A stretch of DNA of 45,513 nucleotides from Oscillospiraceae bacterium (lineage in GTDB: Bacteria; Bacillota; Clostridia; Oscillospirales; UBA929): the NCBI GenBank assembly GCA_031271665.1, contig JAISVI010000007.1:1-45513 (forward strand). The letters run 5' to 3'. Below are positions 42,775-45,513 of the stretch, piece after piece. Within the stretch, counting starts at the first letter, position 1, and the number at the start of each line of letters is the position of its first letter. The translations under genes were made by a program, and so were the position numbers. Under the pieces are notes generated by a model. It was given only the letters and a program-made list of their open reading frames with translations. It had not been told where the DNA came from and made no database searches.

Positions 42775-44700
42775 ATGCCGAAAATCGATAAAAGCGCCGG
42801 AAACGTTCCGGCGTCCGCCAAGACGGTTTCCGACGAGAAAAAAGCGCCCGACCAGCTTTACTTTTTCCACGAGGGCAGCGACTGCCGCGCCTATCAGATT
42901 TTGGGGGCGCACCCGGAAAAACGCGGCGGCAAGGATGGCTGGATGTTCCGCGTCTGGGCGCCGGAGGCGCAAAGCGTGGGCGTTATCGGAGATTTCAACG
43001 CTTGGGACGAAAGCGCGCACCGGATGAAAAAAATCTCGGTCGGCGTGTGGGAACTTTTTATTCCCGGGCTTGGGGAATTTGAAAGCTATAAATACGCCGT
43101 ACGTACGCCGTACGGGACAGTTAACGAAAAGGCCGACCCGTACGCCTTCCATGCCGAGACGCGCCCGAAAACCGCCTCGAAGACCTTTGACATTTCGGGT
43201 TACGAATGGGGCGACGGCGAGTATATGGCCGGGCGCGCCGACGTTTACTCAAAACCGGTGAACATATACGAGCTTCACCTTGGCTCGTGGAAGCGCGGCG
43301 AAGGAAACCGCGAACTTAGTTATTTGGAAACGGCGGAAAGCCTTGTCGGCTATGTGTCGGACATGGGCTATACCCATATCGAGCTTATGCCGGTCATGGA
43401 GCATCCTCTTGACGCCTCCTGGGGGTATCAGGTGACGGGTCACTTCGCCCCGACAAGCCGCTTCGGCACACCGAAAGAGTTTATGCGCTTTGTTGACCTT
43501 TGCCATCAGGCGGGCATCGGCGTGATTCTGGACTGGGTTCCCGCGCATTTTCCCAAGGACGGCTTCGGGCTTATAAGCTTTGACGGTTCCTGCTGCTATG
43601 AGTATTCCGACCCCTCGCGCCGCGAACAGAAGGACTGGGGTACGCTTATGTTCGACTACGGGCGCAACGAGGTGCGCTCGTTCCTTATGAGTTCGGCGAT
43701 GTTTTGGCTTGACATGTACCACGCGGACGGTCTGCGTGTGGACGCGGTGGCGTCGATGCTTTACCTTGACTATGCCAGACAGGGTTCGTATGTCCCAAAT
43801 ATTTACGGCGGACGCGAAAATCTGGAGGCTGTGTCCTTCTTCCGCAAACTTAATGAACAGATTTACGCCGCGTTTCCCCACACGCTTATGATCGCAGAAG
43901 AAAGCACGGCGTGGCCGATGGTCACGAAGCCCGCCTATCTGGGCGGACTTGGCTTTAACTTCAAATGGAGCATGGGGTGGATGAACGACACGCTTCACTA
44001 TATGAAGCTTGACCCCATCTACCGCCAGCACAGCCACACCGACCTTACCTTCTCGATGATGTATGCGTTTTCCGAGAACTACATACTCCCCATATCGCAC
44101 GACGAGGTCGTACACGGAAAATGCTCGCTTATAGAGAAGATGCCGGGATATTACCCGGACAAATTCGCCGGGGTTCGGGCATATCTTTCGTATATGATCG
44201 CCCATCCGGGCAAGAAGCTTACCTTTATGGGCACGGAGTTCGGCCAGTTTATCGAGTGGAACGAGGCGCAAAGCCTTGACTGGCATCTTAAAGAATATGA
44301 GATGCACGCAAAACTTAGCAATTACGTCAGAACGCTTAACCGCTTTTACCTCGCACACCCCGAGCTTTGGGAAAACGACCAGGACTGGGGCGGCTTTTCG
44401 TGGATTGTCTCCGGAGATTATCAGGGCAATACCCTTGCGTTTTCGCGATATGACAGGCATGGCAAAGAGATCGTCTGCGTGTTCAACTTCTCGCCCGTGG
44501 CGAGAAACGGCTACCGCGTCGGCGCATCGGAACCGGGTACATACCGAGAACTTTTGAATTCAAACGCGGGCGAGTTCGGCGGTTGGGGTCATGTCAACAA
44601 CTATGACATGCACACTACTCCGGGCATATGCGACGGCAGAGAACAAAGCTTTATGATGGATTTGCCGCCGTACTCCGCCGTATTTCTACAAAGGGTGTGA
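42775..44700 (+). CDS. glgB: 1,4-alpha-glucan branching enzyme
   Basis: 641 aa. GH13 motifs are present: DWVPAHF, GLRVDAVASMLY, MIAEEST and SHDEVVHGK. The N-terminus has a CBM48-like FRVWAP segment. Confidence 0.95.
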   Translation: MPKIDKSAGNVPASAKTVSDEKKAPDQLYFFHEGSDCRAYQILGAHPEKRGGKDGWMFRVWAPEAQSVGVIGDFNAWDESAHRMKKISVGVWELFIPGLGEFESYKYAVRTPYGTVNEKADPYAFHAETRPKTASKTFDISGYEWGDGEYMAGRADVYSKPVNIYELHLGSWKRGEGNRELSYLETAESLVGYVSDMGYTHIELMPVMEHPLDASWGYQVTGHFAPTSRFGTPKEFMRFVDLCHQAGIGVILDWVPAHFPKDGFGLISFDGSCCYEYSDPSRREQKDWGTLMFDYGRNEVRSFLMSSAMFWLDMYHADGLRVDAVASMLYLDYARQGSYVPNIYGGRENLEAVSFFRKLNEQIYAAFPHTLMIAEESTAWPMVTKPAYLGGLGFNFKWSMGWMNDTLHYMKLDPIYRQHSHTDLTFSMMYAFSENYILPISHDEVVHGKCSLIEKMPGYYPDKFAGVRAYLSYMIAHPGKKLTFMGTEFGQFIEWNEAQSLDWHLKEYEMHAKLSNYVRTLNRFYLAHPELWENDQDWGGFSWIVSGDYQGNTLAFSRYDRHGKEIVCVFNFSPVARNGYRVGASEPGTYRELLNSNAGEFGGWGHVNNYDMHTTPGICDGREQSFMMDLPPYSAVFLQRV

Positions 44701-44704
44701 TTAA

Positions 44705-45513
44705 GTGAAAAAGGAAATCGTTGCAATGCTGCTTGCCGGGGGGCAGGGTTCGCGCCTTTATGTGCTTACCACAAACGTCGCAAAGCCCGCCGTTCCGTTC
44801 GGCGGGAAATACCGCATAATCGACTTTCCCCTTTCAAACTGCGTAAACTCCGACATAGACACCGTCGGGGTTCTTACGCAGTACCAGCCGCTTGAGCTTA
44901 ACGCCTATATCGGCAACGGACAGCCATGGGATCTTGACCGCCTTGACGGCGGCGTACACGTCCTGCCGCCGTACATGCACGGCAAGGGCGGGCAGTGGTA
45001 CAAGGGTACGGCCAACGCGATTTATCAGAACATGCGCTTTGTTGACAACTATGACCCGGAATACGTGCTTATCCTGTCCGGCGACCATATCTACAAAATG
45101 GACTATGCCGAAATGCTCGATAAGCACAAGCGCGCCGGGGCGGAGTGTACGATCGCGGTCATATCGGTTTCGCTTCAGGAAGCTTCGCGCTTCGGTATTC
45201 TGAACACGAACGACGACGACACCGTTTACGAATTTGAGGAGAAACCCAAGAACCCCAAAAGCACGCTTGCCTCGATGGGCATATACATATTCAACTGGCA
45301 GACGCTTCGCCGCTATTTGATAGAGGACGAGGAAACGCCCGGTTCAAGCAACGATTTCGGCAAGAACATTATCCCGGAAATGCTTGCCGCCGGGGAAAAG
45401 ATGTCGGTATACCGCTTCTCGGGCTATTGGAAGGACGTCGGGACTATTGACAGTCTGTGGGACGCGAACATGGACATGCTTTCCGCCACGAACAAACTTG
45501 ATTTGTTCGACCC
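44705..45513 (+). CDS. glgC: glucose-1-phosphate adenylyltransferase (3' end outside the window)
   Basis: GTG start. [55 protein letters not shown] and [12 protein letters not shown]. The frame stays open to the window edge. Confidence 0.9.
   Translation, partial: MKKEIVAMLLAGGQGSRLYVLTTNVAKPAVPFGGKYRIIDFPLSNCVNSDIDTVGVLTQYQPLELNAYIGNGQPWDLDRLDGGVHVLPPYMHGKGGQWYKGTANAIYQNMRFVDNYDPEYVLILSGDHIYKMDYAEMLDKHKRAGAECTIAVISVSLQEASRFGILNTNDDDTVYEFEEKPKNPKSTLASMGIYIFNWQTLRRYLIEDEETPGSSNDFGKNIIPEMLAAGEKMSVYRFSGYWKDVGTIDSLWDANMDMLSATNKLDLFD

Overview
A visibly GC-rich chromosomal segment, apparently from an endospore-forming, Clostridia-like Firmicute (spoIIID, fhs/folD, pduL, comEC, glycogen genes). 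All domain calls were made by eye from the translations and from remembered family motifs. No searches were run.

The main feature is a tightly packed, roughly 20.5 kb minus-strand operon (933-21443) encoding a contractile injection system (CIS/eCIS). In transcription order it encodes:
- sheath and tube
- a gpE-like tail chaperone
- a small conserved ORF in the -1 frame
- a second tube paralogue
- a short helical tape-measure candidate
- a tube-initiator with a LysM domain
- a gpD-like hub, a gpV/VgrG spike and a gp25-like wedge protein
- two baseplate-J-like proteins and a gpI-like tail protein
- an Ig-domain fibre-like protein
- a DUF4255 cap
- a DUF4280 PAAR-like tip
- an Afp15-like AAA+ ATPase

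A MalT/LuxR-type STAND regulator (21595-24048) is transcribed divergently from the operon.

Unusual content inside the operon:
- A four-TM HAMP receptor with a degenerate cyclase-homology domain sits between the PAAR-like gene and the ATPase gene.
- A translationally coupled pair lies between the fibre and cap genes: a possible pseudokinase with a C-terminal TM, and a TM-anchored MORN-repeat protein.
- No recognisable toxin gene is present.
- A candidate -1 programmed frameshift site lies at the end of the chaperone gene.
- Two palindromic elements of about 160 bp, flanked by direct repeats, fill the only large intergenic gaps. One of them rewrites the C-terminus of the MORN protein. A third element of similar size sits just outside the operon.

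The rest of the window is housekeeping (tRNA-Pro fragment, dipeptidase, lgt, folD, fhs, spoIIID, nadA, tagA-like, GNAT, DJ-1, mltG, alaS, HIT, comEC, pduL, glgB, glgC). It carries a few accessory items:
- a HEPN/MNT pair
- an orphan DinJ/RelB-like antitoxin
- a VanX-like lipoprotein with substituted catalytic residues
- a CAATTG repeat array
- a possible Cys-rich micro-peptide
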